The notes beneath the pieces were generated by a model. That model saw only the letters and a list, made by a program, of their open reading frames with translations. It was not told where the DNA came from and ran no database searches. From contig NC_043020.1 of assembly GCF_006345805.1 (NCBI RefSeq), positions 20,708,001-20,772,000 of the forward strand: 64,000 bases of DNA. The letters run 5' to 3'. Origin of the DNA: Octopus sinensis. Lineage: Eukaryota. The position numbers and the translations under genes are program-made. Positions 62,410-64,000 of this stretch are shown piece after piece (the first letter of the stretch is position 1; each line of letters begins with the position of its first letter).

Positions 62410-63669
62410 CAAGGGGCATTCAATAAGTAATGCCCCTGACCCACTTACCATAGCAGTAGAGCAACGACACTTGGCACAGTTATTAGTCTTTTCCTACAAA
62501 GGAACTACCCAAAGTTATGCATTTCTCCCATCGTTTGATACAGCTCTGGAGACCGTTTTTGTAGAAGACCCCAGCTTGGTCCTCCAACCACGACGTGACT
62601 TCAGAAATCAAGGCTGCATCATCTGGGAAACGCTTTCCTTTCAAAATCAACTTCATGGCTGGGAAGAGGTGAAAATCAGAGGGTGCAAGGGGAGGAGTTC
62701 ATAGCTGCATGCCTGTGCTTCTGATCTGGCAACACGCGAGTTGTGGACCGGAGCGTTGTCCTGCAGGAGGAGGATGCCTTTGCTGATCTTGCCCCGCCTC
62801 TTGATTTTGATAGCTTCTCTTAATTTCCTCAAAAGTGAAGCATAATAGGCTCCTGTAATTGTGGTACCCTTTGCCAGGAAATCTGTCATCACTACTCCGT
62901 CCTGGTCCCAGAAGACTGTGAGCATAACCTTGTCAGCGGAGGGCTGCACCCTTGCCTTCTTTGGAGGAGGTGAGTCACAGTGCTTTCACTGCATTGACTG
63001 GGCTTTGGTTTATGGATCATAGTGATGGACCCAGGTTTTATCCTGTGTGATCAGTCTTTTGAAAAATTTTGACTCATCTTCTTGGCACATCTCCAAATTC
63101 ATCCTCGAGCACTCAACGCATTCTTGCTTCTGGAAAGGTGTGAGCAACCTGGAAATCCATCTGGCAGACACCTTTTGCATATGCAAATGGTCATGAATGA
63201 TAGTTTCCACAGACCTGGTACTAATCTTGACCTTATGGGCTATTTGGCGAATAGTTATGTGCTGACCTTCCAAATGGCAGCCTCAACTTGATGCCTCATC
63301 AATGGCAAAAGTGGGCGACCAGATCTGGGAGCTGTTTCCACAGAGTTCCACTATGTTTGAATTCACAATGCCAGCGTTTTACAAGGTCATATGATGGGGC
63401 ATCATCACCATAAGTTACTTTCATTTCATCAAAAGTCTCCCGTGGTGTTCGTCCTTTCAAATACAAAAACCAGATCACTGCTCAACACTCAACAGGCTCC
63501 ATTTCACACTTGACTCAGTTCAAACACCTGTAAATCAGAAACCACAATTAGTTCAGAGCTGTAATTCGCCACTTAATCTATAGAGGTATAAATAAGTGCA
63601 CATGCAAAATTTCAGCTAGATCAAACAACTGCAAGTGGGTCAGGGGCATTACTTATTGAACGCCCCTCA
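62410..63669 (-). mobile_element. mariner (DD34D) DNA transposon, full length but decayed
   Basis: 37-bp TIRs at 62410-62446 and 63633-63669, TA at left. Transposase 63502 to 62483: KVSARWI, LITQDKTWVHHYDP, KVMLTVFWD, QDNAPVH, LAPSDFHLFP, with a small deletion removing HPPYSPD. Confidence 0.93.
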
Positions 63670-64000
63670 TGTATAGAGAATAACAAGGTAGTCAGTATGT
63701 TGGATGATTATATATATTTTTATTTACATTTTTAGTGCTTTCTTCTATTATGAGATTTATCAAAACAGTTTACAGTAAGTTTGCTTCACCTTTTTATATA
63801 AAATTGAAACTGTTGATGTTTTAGAGAGACAAGGGGGAGGGAGGAGGAGAAAGAGGAACAAATTAGAAAGGAAGGTGGAAGGATGAGAGAGGAGGGGAGA
63901 GTGGGAGATAGTGAAGATAGAGAAAGACAGTAGAAGGAAGCATGTTTTGGGGGTTTTCAAAAAAGGGAAAGAAAAGAAAATAGTTTGAGAGGGAGGGGGA

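Overview
AT-rich, repeat-saturated animal genomic DNA. The SINE families and TA/CA compound satellites resemble those of a coleoid cephalopod (Octopus-like); this is recalled similarity, not a database result. No complete host gene could be assembled, and most long ORFs in the track are microsatellite artefacts. The window holds decayed transposons: two Penelope-like elements (RT + GIY-YIG), a DD37D maT element, an RTE LINE with a PHD finger inside its RT, a Gypsy gag-pol fragment, two hAT elements with 8-bp TSDs (one internally inverted), a Tigger/pogo element, an R2/R4-type RLE fragment, a DD34D mariner and many tRNA-derived SINEs. There are also two divergent first-exon candidates (12.7 and 15.2 kb) separated by a 2-kb pyrimidine tract. 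The most striking unannotated signal is about a dozen type I hammerhead-ribozyme-like motifs (CUGANGA ... GAAA-palindrome-UH). They have palindromic minimal stem III of several different sequences, and several carry very long stem II hairpins. They include a core-intact copy at 57688-57758 (-), a G3/U8 core variant after the Penelope ORF, a three-unit cluster, and a hairpin non-autonomous element present twice. The Penelope-hammerhead link is established; the density, variants and long-stem-II forms are hypotheses to test.
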